Shown here piece by piece: positions 1 through 9,998 of a stretch of 24,000 nucleotides of DNA (the first letter of the stretch is position 1; each line of letters opens with the position of its first letter). The notes beneath the pieces were generated by a model. That model saw only the letters and a list, made by a program, of their open reading frames with translations, was not told the DNA's origin and searched no databases. A program made the translations under genes and the position numbers. The stretch is from an uncultured Bacillota bacterium (GTDB lineage: Bacteria > Bacillota > Clostridia > Lachnospirales > CAG-274), in the NCBI GenBank assembly GCA_965120415.1, contig CBCPNA010000008.1, forward strand, positions 25,881-49,880, read 5' to 3'.

Positions 1-845
1 GATGCCGAAGGTATATCCCCTTTTAAAATTATCCTATTCATTTTTTTAGAAGGGTCTGGAAGAGGTATAGCGCTTAACAATGCTTTTGTATAGGGATGCA
101 TAGGATTTTTAAAAATATCCTTTTTTAAAGCAAGCTCTACAAGGCTACCTAAATACATAACCCCAACAACATCAGATAAATATTCTACAACGGATAAATC
201 GTGAGATATAAATAAATAAGTAAGGTTAGATTTATTTTGCAAATCTTTCATTAAATTTATTATTTGAGCTTGTATAGAAACATCTAGTGCAGAAACAGGC
301 TCATCAGCTATAACAACAGATGGCTTTAAAGCTAAAGCTCTAGCAATACAAATGCGTTGCCTTTGCCCCCCAGAAAACTCATGTGGGTATCTGTCGATAA
401 AATAACTTTTAAGTCCACATTCTTCCATAATGTTTAAAACATAATCTTTAAGCTCATTTTTTGGTACAATATTATGTTCTCTTATTGCTTCGCCAATTAA
501 TTCAGAAACAGGCATACGTGGATTTAAAGAAGAATAAGGGTCTTGAAAAATCATTTGTATTTTTGGACGTATTGCTTTTAGTTGTTTTTTGTTTAGCTTG
601 AATAAATCAGTGCCTTCAAAAAATGCACTGCCAGAAGTCGGCTCCACGAGCCTAATAAGCGTTCGTCCTATTGTTGTTTTACCACAACCAGATTCTCCAA
701 CTAGCCCAAAAGTTTGCCCCTTTTTTAGCTGAAAGCTTACGTTATCAACTGATTTTACATGGCTTGCTGTTTTTTGAAAAAGCCCTTTTTTAATAGGATA
801 ATATTTTACTAAATTACAAATATCTAAAATAACATTTGAATCCAT
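1..845 (-). CDS. oppF: Oligopeptide/dipeptide ABC transporter ATP-binding protein (OppF/DppF type); C-terminal end cut by the window edge
   Basis: Not in the ORF track because it runs off the window. My translation from ATG 845..843 reads MDSNVILDICNLVKYYPIKKGLFQKTASHVKSVDNVSFQLKKGQTFGLVGESGCGKTT (Walker A), then YPHEFSGGQRQRICIARALALKPSVVIADEPVSALDVSIQAQ (ABC signature and Walker B). The ATG overlaps the TAA of the upstream gene (TAATG), which suggests translational coupling. Confidence 0.85.
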   Translation of the reverse strand, partial: MDSNVILDICNLVKYYPIKKGLFQKTASHVKSVDNVSFQLKKGQTFGLVGESGCGKTTIGRTLIRLVEPTSGSAFFEGTDLFKLNKKQLKAIRPKIQMIFQDPYSSLNPRMPVSELIGEAIREHNIVPKNELKDYVLNIMEECGLKSYFIDRYPHEFSGGQRQRICIARALALKPSVVIADEPVSALDVSIQAQIINLMKDLQNKSNLTYLFISHDLSVVEYLSDVVGVMYLGSLVELALKKDIFKNPMHPYTKALLSAIPLPDPSKKMNRIILKGDIPSA

Positions 846-1990
846 TATGATATATCCTCCTTATTATAAAGATGACAATTAACGATATGAGAATCTGTAA
901 TATTTGTTTCTTTTGGATAATTTGTTTTGCAAATATCATGACATTTTTCACATCTATTTTTAAAAAAACAGCCTTCTGGTCTATTTATAGGGTTAGGTAC
1001 AGCTCCTGGTATAGAATATAGTTTGTCTTCATTATTTTCAAGATTAGGTCTTGATTTTAAAAGCCCTATTGTATAAGGATGCCTTGGATTTTTAAAAATT
1101 TCTTCTACATTTCCTTTTTCTACAACACGCCCAGAATATATAACAACAACATAATCAGCCATTGTAGCAACAACACCTAAATCGTGAGTTATAAGCATTA
1201 CAGATGCGTTAATCTTTTCTTTTAAATCTTTTAAAAGCTCTAAAATTTGGGCTTGTATTGTTACATCTAAGGCTGTTGTTGGCTCATCAGCTATAATAAA
1301 TTTTGGATTTAAGGCAAGAGCCATAGCTATAACAACACGTTGTCTCATACCTCCAGAAAGCTCATGTGGATAGCTTTTATAAATTTGCTCTGGCCTTGAT
1401 ATACCAACTAGTTTTAATAAATCTATAACAGTATTTTTTCTATCATTTTTATTAATTTCAGGCTTATGATATATAAAAATTTCTTCTAATTGCATACCTA
1501 TTGTAAAAATAGGGTTTAAGCTTGTCATAGGCTCTTGAAAAATCATAGAAATTTCGTCACCACGCAGTGTGTTAAAAACACTTTCTGGAGTTTTGGCTAT
1601 ATCTATAGCTTTATTTAATTTTGCACTATTGTATCTTATTTGCCCTCCAGCTATTTGTCCGTAAGGGGTAGGGAGAAGCTGCATAGCAGAAAGGCTTGTG
1701 ACAGATTTACCACAGCCAGATTCTCCAACAACTCCAACAGTCTTTCCTATAGGTATATTAAAAGAAATCCCATCGACAGATTTTATAGTACCGTTATCAG
1801 AATAAAAATAAGTTTTTAAATTATCAAATTCTAATAAATTATTATTATCTTTCATAGTCACTGTATATTCTTCTTCTTTGATTTTTCTTTTGCTATTTTT
1901 TTTGTATTCTTTAAACTTTTGCTTGTTAAAAGCTTTAATTTGCTTTTCTTTTTGTTTAAAGCTTTTCTTTAATTCTTTTTTAGAAATCAT
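845..1990 (-). CDS. oppD: Oligopeptide ABC transporter ATP-binding protein (OppD type) with a Lys-rich N-terminal extension
   Basis: ORF 845..1999. Walker A is GESGCGKSV, signature LSGGMRQR, Walker B IIADEPTTALD, and there is a C-terminal Cys-rich oligopeptide-ABC tail (CFFKNRCEKCHDIC). I prefer ATG 1990 (GGTGA about 6 nt upstream) over GTG 1999. The conserved ATPase core only begins at MKDNNNLLEFDNLKTYF (ATG 1855). Confidence 0.85.
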   Translation of the reverse strand: MISKKELKKSFKQKEKQIKAFNKQKFKEYKKNSKRKIKEEEYTVTMKDNNNLLEFDNLKTYFYSDNGTIKSVDGISFNIPIGKTVGVVGESGCGKSVTSLSAMQLLPTPYGQIAGGQIRYNSAKLNKAIDIAKTPESVFNTLRGDEISMIFQEPMTSLNPIFTIGMQLEEIFIYHKPEINKNDRKNTVIDLLKLVGISRPEQIYKSYPHELSGGMRQRVVIAMALALNPKFIIADEPTTALDVTIQAQILELLKDLKEKINASVMLITHDLGVVATMADYVVVIYSGRVVEKGNVEEIFKNPRHPYTIGLLKSRPNLENNEDKLYSIPGAVPNPINRPEGCFFKNRCEKCHDICKTNYPKETNITDSHIVNCHLYNKEDIS

Positions 1991-1999
1991 ATATATCAC

Positions 2000-2986
2000 C
2001 TACCGTTTCATTTTAGGGTCAAAAGCATCTCTAAGCCCATCACCTATAAAGTTAAAAGCCATAACAAGAAGCAAGATTAAAATACCAGGTGGTACCCAAA
2101 TATTAGGATAATTTTGCATAATGACAGAATCATTAACAGCATTAACCATATTACCCCAAGATGCATAAGGGAAAGACAGCCCAACCCCTAAAAAGCTTAA
2201 TGTAGATTCTGTTAAAATAACGCTACCTAAATCCATTGTCGCCATAACAATTATTATAGAGGTAACATTAGGTATTAAATGTTTTAAAATTATTTTACGA
2301 TTTTTTAAACCTAAAGATTTAGCAGCTTGCATATATTCCATTTCTCTAATAGAAAGTATTTGCCCCCTAACAAGTCTAGTAACGGATGCCCATTTTAAAG
2401 CGCCCATTATAAGCATAAGGATATAAATCTTTTTCTGCGAAGGCACCTTCATAGAGGCCATCATGGAAGAAATCATAAGCATTAGCGGCAAAAAAGGTAT
2501 ACAATAAAATATGTCGACAATACGCATAATTACCATATCTATCTTTTTGCCATAATATCCAGCTATACCACCTAAGGTAACCCCTATCAAAAGCTCTAAT
2601 ATAACGACACAAAAGCCGAACATTAATGAAATACGTCCACCGTACATAAGCCTTGTAAACACATCACGACCATCAGCGTCTGTGCCTAAAATATGGCTTT
2701 TTGAAATAGGGGCTTTTAAGTTTATTTCTACTCCACTTGCAGAAATATCTTGGTTATCTTTAACCCTAAATTCTTGATTTGTTTCTGAATATTTATAAAA
2801 TATTTCATATTCTCCATATGATGTAAAAAGTGGCCCTATCGCACAAAATATTATAATAACTGCTATTATAATAAGCCCTACAACAGCTAATTTATTTTTT
2901 AAAAATCTTTTTATAATTAAAGAACGTGGAGTTTGTATATTAGTTAATTGTTCAGTATCTTCTTCTAACAAAATATTATCTTCCAT
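2000..2986 (-). CDS. oppC: Oligopeptide ABC transporter permease (OppC type)
   Basis: ORF 2000..3019 encodes a multi-TM protein with a typical OppC-like C-terminus (FIGDGLRDAFDPKMKR). I moved the start to ATG 2986 (MEDNILLEED) because GGAGG lies 7 nt upstream and this removes the overlap with the oppB stop. The stop is TAG at 2000-2002. Confidence 0.85.
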   Translation of the reverse strand: MEDNILLEEDTEQLTNIQTPRSLIIKRFLKNKLAVVGLIIIAVIIIFCAIGPLFTSYGEYEIFYKYSETNQEFRVKDNQDISASGVEINLKAPISKSHILGTDADGRDVFTRLMYGGRISLMFGFCVVILELLIGVTLGGIAGYYGKKIDMVIMRIVDIFYCIPFLPLMLMISSMMASMKVPSQKKIYILMLIMGALKWASVTRLVRGQILSIREMEYMQAAKSLGLKNRKIILKHLIPNVTSIIIVMATMDLGSVILTESTLSFLGVGLSFPYASWGNMVNAVNDSVIMQNYPNIWVPPGILILLLVMAFNFIGDGLRDAFDPKMKR

Positions 2987-3002
2987 ATAACAACCTCCAT
3001 AT

Positions 3003-3971
3003 TTAATTATATTTAACACGTGGGTCTACAACAGCATATAAAATATCAGATAATAAATTACCTAAAAGGGTTAAAATAGCTAAAAACATAAAATAGCCCA
3101 TCAAAAACGGAATATCACTTTGGTTAACAGCATTTAGAGCAACTTTACCAAGCCCTTCTATAGCAAATATACCTTCTGTTATAATAGCACCAGAAAATAG
3201 GGAAGGGAGATAAGCACCTATCATAGTGATAACAGGTATCAAAGTATTTCTGAAAGCATGTTTAGAAATAACAACTCTTTCAGGTACTCCTTTTGCCCTT
3301 GCTGTTCTTATATAATCAGAGCTTAAAACTTCTAGCATATTACTTCTTGTGTATCTAAGCCATGAGCCGATACCAGTAATTACAAATACTGTTATAGGGA
3401 GTACAAAATGTTTAGCCATATCTAAAAATAGGGCAAAGCCTTCATAATTTTTTCTTGCAGTAACCATACCTTGGAGCGGTAATAAGTTTAAATCTAATGC
3501 AAATATCTTTTGCAAAACGGCAGCAAAAAAGAAAGATGGAAGAGATATGCCAGCTAAAGCTAAAGCAACAATAATATAATCTGTTTTAGAATATTGTTTA
3601 ACTGCCGATACTATACCAAGAGGTATACTAAATAATAATTGAAAAATAAATGCAGTAAAAGCTAAAGAAAAAGAAATCCACATTTTATCTTTAATTATAT
3701 CTATAACAGGCTTTTGATATATAAAAGATGTGCCTAAATTACCTTTTAAAGCTTCTTTAATCCAATCTATATAACCGCCTATTATACCTTTATCAAGCCC
3801 ATAAATTTTTCTTAAATTTTCTTTCATTTCTTCTGTTATAGCGGGGTTACCAGATGTCGATATTGTTATAAAATCGCCAGGCATAGAGCGTACAATAGCA
3901 TAAAGAATAAAAGAAACACCTATAAGAACAAAAAGGCTTATAAAAATCCTTTTAATTATATACTGTTTCAT
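3003..3971 (-). CDS. oppB: Oligopeptide ABC transporter permease (OppB type)
   Basis: The 322-aa ORF starts with the typical MKQYIIKRI N-terminus, has multiple TM segments, and carries a permease loop YIRTARAKGVPERVVISKHAFRN. AAGGAG lies upstream of the ATG. Confidence 0.85.
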   Translation of the reverse strand: MKQYIIKRIFISLFVLIGVSFILYAIVRSMPGDFITISTSGNPAITEEMKENLRKIYGLDKGIIGGYIDWIKEALKGNLGTSFIYQKPVIDIIKDKMWISFSLAFTAFIFQLLFSIPLGIVSAVKQYSKTDYIIVALALAGISLPSFFFAAVLQKIFALDLNLLPLQGMVTARKNYEGFALFLDMAKHFVLPITVFVITGIGSWLRYTRSNMLEVLSSDYIRTARAKGVPERVVISKHAFRNTLIPVITMIGAYLPSLFSGAIITEGIFAIEGLGKVALNAVNQSDIPFLMGYFMFLAILTLLGNLLSDILYAVVDPRVKYN

Positions 3972-3997
3972 AAAAAACTCCTTTTTATAGCATACTA

Positions 3998-4021
3998 GCC
4001 CTTATGTATTTACATAAGAGC
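3998..4021 (-). promoter_or_regulatory. Intercistronic stem-loop between oppA and oppB (possible partial terminator or mRNA stabiliser)
   Basis: A 9-bp stem (GCTCTTATG / CATAAGGGC on the minus strand, one G-U pair) with a 6-nt loop, in the 65-nt oppA-oppB gap. No clean U-tract follows it. Confidence 0.35.
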
Positions 4022-4036
4022 CAGCCACTATTTTAA

Positions 4037-6043
4037 TTACTTCATTTCTAATAAATATAACTCATCTCTAAAAGTGTGATAAGGTGAGTCTGATGTATAA
4101 ACAGTATCCATATTGATATTATCGCTGTTAAATACAGTTAAATTTTTGCGTTGATATATAGGCATGATAACAGCATTTTCCATAATTAAATCAAGCTCTT
4201 GGGCAACAAGTTCTTTTCTTTCTTCAAGATCTAGAGTTTGAGAAACTTGTTCTAAAAGGGCGTCAACTTCTGGGTCACGCAATTTGAAATGGTTAGAACC
4301 AGCACCGTCAGCAGCATTACTGTGGAAAATTTGTGTTAAGTCGGCAGAGTTAGAGCTACCCCATGCTGCAACAAACATGTCTAAATCTCCAGATTCCATC
4401 CTATCAAATAAAACGTTACCTTGTAAATCAGATATTATAAATTCTGCTCCCATTTCTGTCAAATCTGTTTTCATTTGTGATAAAATAGCAGCACAAGGGT
4501 GCGAACTTAAATCTGCAACTCCAACTTCTATTTTAAGTTGTTCTCCATTTTCATTAACTAATTTGCCTGAAGAATCTTGAGAATAGCCAGCTAGTGTAAA
4601 ATATTCTAAAGCTTTTTCTTTATCATAAGTGTAATAAGCTGTTGCATCTTCTGGATATTCTGCTAAGGTAGATGTCATAGGACGTTCTAAAACAACAGCA
4701 AGATCACCATAATAAGAGTTTATAGCAGCTTCACGGCTTATAAGGCACATAAGCCCTTTTCTTACATTAATATCAGTTATCCTATCAGCATTAATACCAA
4801 TGTATCCATATCCGTTGTTATCAGTTAGGTTGTAGTCTAATCCATTTTCTTCTACTCTTGCCATAATTTCTTTTGATGCAGAAGGCTCAGATATATCAAC
4901 ATCTCCATTTAATACAACATCTAATTTAGAATTAGTAGATACAACTTGTATTTTTATATTAGGAGTAAGAGGTTCTCCTTTATAGTAATTAGGGTTGGCT
5001 TTAAGAGAAACAATATTGTTCTCATATTTTTCAAATATATAAGGACCACTTCCTAAAGGGGAAGAATTTCTAGATTTAGGTACAGATAAGTCGCCTTTTG
5101 TATATACAGTGCCGTCATCTGCAACGCCGTAATAATGCTCTGGCATAATGCATACATCACCTAGGAGCCTTTCGGCATCTATATTAACTCCGTTAATTAA
5201 AACGGTACAGGTATAGTCATCAACTTTTTGTATACCACTTATTTCTGTAACATTAGCACCACCCTCAAGGTTAGATTGTATTAATTCTTTTTTAAGTGTT
5301 TCAAATAAATTATCGATAGCGTCTTCTTTTATATTTTCATCTTGTAATAAATATTGTATATATGCTTCACGAACTTCATTATCAAAATTCACAGAGGAGG
5401 TATCAATACCTAAAGCTAAAGATTCATTTAATACAGCAGTTGTATTTTCTTCTATATCAGCGTCTACAACACTTTCTACATATTCTTGTATTTGTTCATC
5501 TGTTATGTTTTGTGCAGTTTCTAAAAGCTCGTCAAGTTTGCTACTATAATCTTCCATATCGTAAATATATTCATTAAGCCCTACAATATCTAAAGTTTTA
5601 AATGTGTTAATACCATCGTAATTAGGGTCTGATAAAACATAGTATGTGAAGATGACGTCATCTATAGTAACATCTTCTCCATCAGAAAATTGTATACCTT
5701 CTTGTAATTTTATAGTATATTCTACTTGAGTTATATTACCATCTTCATCTTTTATTTCTTCAAAGGTAATTTCTCCAGCACCAGGTATTAGTTCGTTATT
5801 ATCGTCTAAATCTAGTATTGTATCAAATACTGGATCAAAAGCTTTCATATCAGCGCCAGAAGAGTAAAAAAATGGGTTAAAGATACCGTTTAATTCGTCC
5901 GATGCAATAACAAGAGTATCAAGGGAGCTAGTGGATTGGGTGGTAGTGGTTTCGGTTGAGCTTGAGGTTGAATTACTGCATGCAGTTAGGGAAAATACCA
6001 TGATACAAGAGAGTATCAAAGATAAGATTTTTTTTAATTTCAT
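4037..6043 (-). CDS. oppA: Peptide-binding lipoprotein, ABC transporter family-5 substrate-binding protein (OppA type), unusually long
   Basis: The 668-aa ORF has a signal peptide with lipobox LTAC and an S/T-rich linker (SNSTSSSTETTTTQSTSS). Family-5 SBP-like segments include IQFSDGEDVTIDDVIFTY and GPYIFEKYENN. AAGGAGGAG lies upstream of the ATG. Confidence 0.8.
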   Translation of the reverse strand: MKLKKILSLILSCIMVFSLTACSNSTSSSTETTTTQSTSSLDTLVIASDELNGIFNPFFYSSGADMKAFDPVFDTILDLDDNNELIPGAGEITFEEIKDEDGNITQVEYTIKLQEGIQFSDGEDVTIDDVIFTYYVLSDPNYDGINTFKTLDIVGLNEYIYDMEDYSSKLDELLETAQNITDEQIQEYVESVVDADIEENTTAVLNESLALGIDTSSVNFDNEVREAYIQYLLQDENIKEDAIDNLFETLKKELIQSNLEGGANVTEISGIQKVDDYTCTVLINGVNIDAERLLGDVCIMPEHYYGVADDGTVYTKGDLSVPKSRNSSPLGSGPYIFEKYENNIVSLKANPNYYKGEPLTPNIKIQVVSTNSKLDVVLNGDVDISEPSASKEIMARVEENGLDYNLTDNNGYGYIGINADRITDINVRKGLMCLISREAAINSYYGDLAVVLERPMTSTLAEYPEDATAYYTYDKEKALEYFTLAGYSQDSSGKLVNENGEQLKIEVGVADLSSHPCAAILSQMKTDLTEMGAEFIISDLQGNVLFDRMESGDLDMFVAAWGSSNSADLTQIFHSNAADGAGSNHFKLRDPEVDALLEQVSQTLDLEERKELVAQELDLIMENAVIMPIYQRKNLTVFNSDNINMDTVYTSDSPYHTFRDELYLLEMK

Positions 6044-6085
6044 ATTGTGACTCCTCCTTGAAATTAAACATAAGTTTTATATATA

Positions 6086-6114
6086 ATTATATAGAGTAAA
6101 AACTAATAAGTCAA
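6086..6114 (-). promoter_or_regulatory. Sigma-A type promoter for the opp operon
   Basis: On the minus strand: -35 TTGACT (6114..6109), 17-nt spacer, -10 TATAAT (6091..6086). It lies about 45 nt upstream of the oppA ATG. Confidence 0.55.
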
Positions 6115-6358
6115 TTGATAATTTAATAAATTTGTAAATATATGAATATAAAAATAAATAAATTATACATATAAGATTATAAAACAAATTCAAAAAACAA
6201 TAACTAATTATGTTTAAATACATAAATAAATATATTATACAGCAGAATTATATCATATATTGTATTTATAATCAAGATATTAAGAATATTATATATAAAT
6301 TGTAAAAAAAGAAACATAAAAGAAAATTTTGAAATATTTTTGCAATTTAATTTTTAAA

Positions 6359-6652
6359 TTATTTAGGCAAAATAATAACTCTATTTTCTTTAAAAGGCTT
6401 GTAAAGTACTATTTTTTTGCCTATTATTTGTACAACATGTGATTTTGTCCTTTCGCTTATTGCAGAGCTTATGTATTTTATATCTTCCGTACAATTGTTT
6501 AAAACGGTGCATTTTATAAGCTCTCTTCCTTCAAAAGATGATAAAATAGCTTTTATAAGCTCGGGGGTAACCCCAGCCTTTCCTATTTGAAAGATAGAGG
6601 GGATACCATGAGCTAATTTTTTTAAATAAGCACGCTGTTTGCTAGTCAACAT
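6359..6652 (-). CDS. yhbY: YhbY-family (CRM domain) RNA-binding ribosome assembly protein
   Basis: The 97-aa ORF begins MLTSKQRAYLKKLAHGIPSIFQIGKAGVTPELI, which is characteristic of YhbY. It lies immediately downstream of obg, a common arrangement. Confidence 0.8.
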   Translation of the reverse strand: MLTSKQRAYLKKLAHGIPSIFQIGKAGVTPELIKAILSSFEGRELIKCTVLNNCTEDIKYISSAISERTKSHVVQIIGKKIVLYKPFKENRVIILPK

Positions 6653-6672
6653 AAAAAAACCCTTTCTAAATT

Positions 6673-7962
<1,290 letters not shown>

Positions 7963-7968
7963 TTATAA

Positions 7969-9027
7969 TTATTCTACTTTTTTTCTTTTAATTCTTTTTT
8001 CGTTATTTTCTGTAGAAGATTTTGTTTTTTTGCTTGAAAGGGTTTTGTCTTCGTCTAATTCTTCATTAGTTTTTAAAGTTATTTCTGAAACTTTAATGGA
8101 CTTTTTTGTTCCTTTTTGTTTTGTCTCTGTATCTGCTTTAGATTGCTCTTCAGCTAAAGGGTTAGTTTTTTGGTTAGTTTTTTTGGCAAGAGATTTTTTT
8201 AATGCTTTGCTAAAATATTCGTGCAATTCTTTGTCTAAATTTTCATCAAAATCGACAGAATTAAATAAATTTTCGCCAAAAGATAAGTCAATTTCTAAAT
8301 CGTTGTTTTTTGTATCATTTTCTTCTATATTATTATTTATATCGCTGTTATTTAAGTTGTATTCTTCAAAATCTTCAAGGCTATTTAAGCTAGCCTTTAA
8401 ATATCTTTTATCTTCATCTTCAAATATTTTATCGTCTTCTTCTAAAAGAGCGTTTATTTCTTCTGCTTGTAAAGATACAATATGCTCAGAATCAGCTGGA
8501 ACTAATATTTTGCTAAGCTCTTGTTTGTCCATATCTTTTTCTAATTCTTTTAATGTTTCATCTAATATAAATTGTATTTTTAAATTTTTGCAAGAAACTT
8601 TTTTGACTTTAGCAATTAAAATAGCTAAATATATTAAAACTACAAATAAGATTATGTAGCTTGTAAAAAAGTTAACAGCGGTATTATACCCTATATAGCT
8701 ATTTAAAAGATATACAGAAGATAAATGTACAAAAACAGGAAGGACAATAGATATAGCAAATGCATATAAAGGAAGAGAAATGGATAAAAACTTGCTATTT
8801 TCTCTTAAATAATGTTCTTTTTGAAAATTATTGTATTGTATTATTTTTTCTAAAAGGGTATTCGAAGAAATAGACGGATTTTCTGTAGTAACTTTAGAAA
8901 TTTTATAAGATATAGTTTGTTTGCAATTATCTATAAGCAAAAGGTCGTCTAGCGATGTTTTTTTGTATTTTCTGATAGTACGTTTTAAAGACTTCTCAAG
9001 GCTTTTGAAAAAACTTTCTATATCCAT
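7969..9027 (-). CDS. Hypothetical membrane protein (two central TM helices, long acidic/Lys-rich C-terminal tail)
   Basis: The 352-aa ORF has a strong AAGGAGGTGA site upstream of the ATG. Hydrophobic segments are ISLPLYAFAISIVLPVFV and FFTSYIILFVVLIYLAILIA. The C-terminal half is low-complexity and rich in D/E/N/K. I recognise no family. The stop is 7 nt upstream of the obg Shine-Dalgarno region, so it is probably co-transcribed with obg. Confidence 0.6.
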   Translation of the reverse strand: MDIESFFKSLEKSLKRTIRKYKKTSLDDLLLIDNCKQTISYKISKVTTENPSISSNTLLEKIIQYNNFQKEHYLRENSKFLSISLPLYAFAISIVLPVFVHLSSVYLLNSYIGYNTAVNFFTSYIILFVVLIYLAILIAKVKKVSCKNLKIQFILDETLKELEKDMDKQELSKILVPADSEHIVSLQAEEINALLEEDDKIFEDEDKRYLKASLNSLEDFEEYNLNNSDINNNIEENDTKNNDLEIDLSFGENLFNSVDFDENLDKELHEYFSKALKKSLAKKTNQKTNPLAEEQSKADTETKQKGTKKSIKVSEITLKTNEELDEDKTLSSKKTKSSTENNEKRIKRKKVE

Positions 9028-9057
9028 AAAATCACCTCCTTATGTAAATATGTAAAT

Positions 9058-9516
9058 TTATTTAGATTTTTTGTTAGTGTCTTTAGCAATATTTTTTTTA
9101 GATTTTTTTAAAGCTTTTATTTCTTGTTTAGATTTAATACCAACTACACTTACTATATAAAGCCCAGCAACCTCTGCTTTAACAGTCTTTTTAAGGGTAA
9201 TGTTATTAAAAATATGCTTGTCGCAAATAAGATTTAAAATCTGCGGGCCTATTTTAACTTGTACAAAATTTAACTTTATAAATTTATAAAATTTAGGCAT
9301 AGATGCCAAAACAGCTTTAGGCATGTTAATATCTGTGATTTTGGCTCTTTTTTTATCTATAACAAACATAGATACAGTTTGTTTAGCTTGTTTTATAAAA
9401 CTTTCTTGTTCAACAAATTTAGTTGAAACTTTTTTGTTCAAAAAATAAAAAATAAAAAATATTATACCTAAAATAAAAACAGCAATTAATATAATATCAA
9501 AAGCGCCTAAATGCAT
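9058..9516 (-). CDS. Hypothetical membrane-anchored protein (single N-terminal TM)
   Basis: The 152-aa ORF has AAGGAG 7 nt upstream of the ATG, an N-terminal TM segment (FDIILIAVFILGIIFFIFYFL) and a Lys-rich C-terminus. I recognise no family. Confidence 0.55.
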   Translation of the reverse strand: MHLGAFDIILIAVFILGIIFFIFYFLNKKVSTKFVEQESFIKQAKQTVSMFVIDKKRAKITDINMPKAVLASMPKFYKFIKLNFVQVKIGPQILNLICDKHIFNNITLKKTVKAEVAGLYIVSVVGIKSKQEIKALKKSKKNIAKDTNKKSK

Positions 9517-9548
9517 AAAAAAACTCCTTATTTATGTAATTTAATAAA

Positions 9549-9622
9549 AGCTGACGAGCAGACTTGAACTGCCGAACCTCTTCATTACCAATGAAGTGCT
9601 CTACCTACTGAGCTACGCCAGC
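9549..9622 (-). tRNA. tRNA-Thr (anticodon GGU); no encoded CCA
   Basis: The minus-strand cloverleaf was folded by hand. Acceptor stem GCTGGCG/CGTCAGC (one G-U), D stem GCTC/GAGC, anticodon stem CTTCA/TGAAG with loop TTGGTAA (anticodon GGT), T stem GGCAG/CTGCT with loop TTCAAGT. The variable region reads AGGTTC (6 nt by my count). Confidence 0.85.
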
Positions 9623-9635
9623 AAAATCTTTTAAA

Positions 9636-9664
9636 ATTTTAGCACATATAATACTAAAAGTCAA
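9636..9664 (-). promoter_or_regulatory. Sigma-A type promoter driving tRNA-Thr (and possibly the downstream genes)
   Basis: On the minus strand: -35 TTGACT (9664..9659), 17-nt spacer, extended -10 TGcTAAAAT (9644..9636). It ends about 13 nt upstream of the tRNA 5' end. Confidence 0.6.
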
Positions 9665-9755
9665 TAAGCGCAAAAAATAAAAACAAAATAAATTGTAACA
9701 TAGTTTTACTATATTAAATAATATGTAAATAGCATTAAAATATATAAGGTGATTT

Positions 9756-9998
9756 ATGAAAAAAGAAGTAATTTTAAGCAATTTAAAACTAAATGAAGAG
9801 GCTTTTATAAAAAATATTAAACTAGATAAAAAAATAAAAAATAGGCTTAATGATTTAGGATTTACAAAAAAAACTAAAATAAAATGCATATTAAAAAGCC
9901 CTTTAAACGAGCCAAAAGCTTATTTAATAAAAGGCGCAATAATATCGCTTAGAAAAGATGTAACAAAAAACATAATTTGCGAAATGGAGGAGCATTAA
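9756..9998 (+). CDS. feoA: Ferrous iron transport protein A (FeoA, SH3-like)
   Basis: The 80-aa ORF has a FeoA-like pattern (RLNDLGFTKKTKIKCILKSPLNEPKAYLIKGAIISLRKD). AAGGTG lies upstream. Its TAA overlaps the feoB ATG (TAATG). Confidence 0.75.
   Translation: MKKEVILSNLKLNEEAFIKNIKLDKKIKNRLNDLGFTKKTKIKCILKSPLNEPKAYLIKGAIISLRKDVTKNIICEMEEH

Noticed and set aside
6325-6339. A CodY-box-like sequence AATTTTGAAATATTT upstream of the opp operon
   Set aside because: It has four mismatches to AATTTTCWGAAAATT, lies about 280 nt from the oppA start and far upstream of the promoter, and such matches are expected by chance in DNA this AT-rich.
9665-9755. A Fur box or clear promoter upstream of feoA
   Set aside because: I found no convincing match to the TGATAATnATTATCA-type palindrome. 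Several weak -10/-35 combinations exist, but none stands out from the AT-rich background.
9605-9889. A 94-aa minus-strand ORF
   Set aside because: It overlaps the tRNA-Thr gene, its promoter and the feoA start. Its hydrophobic, low-complexity product is typical of a spurious ORF in AT-rich DNA.
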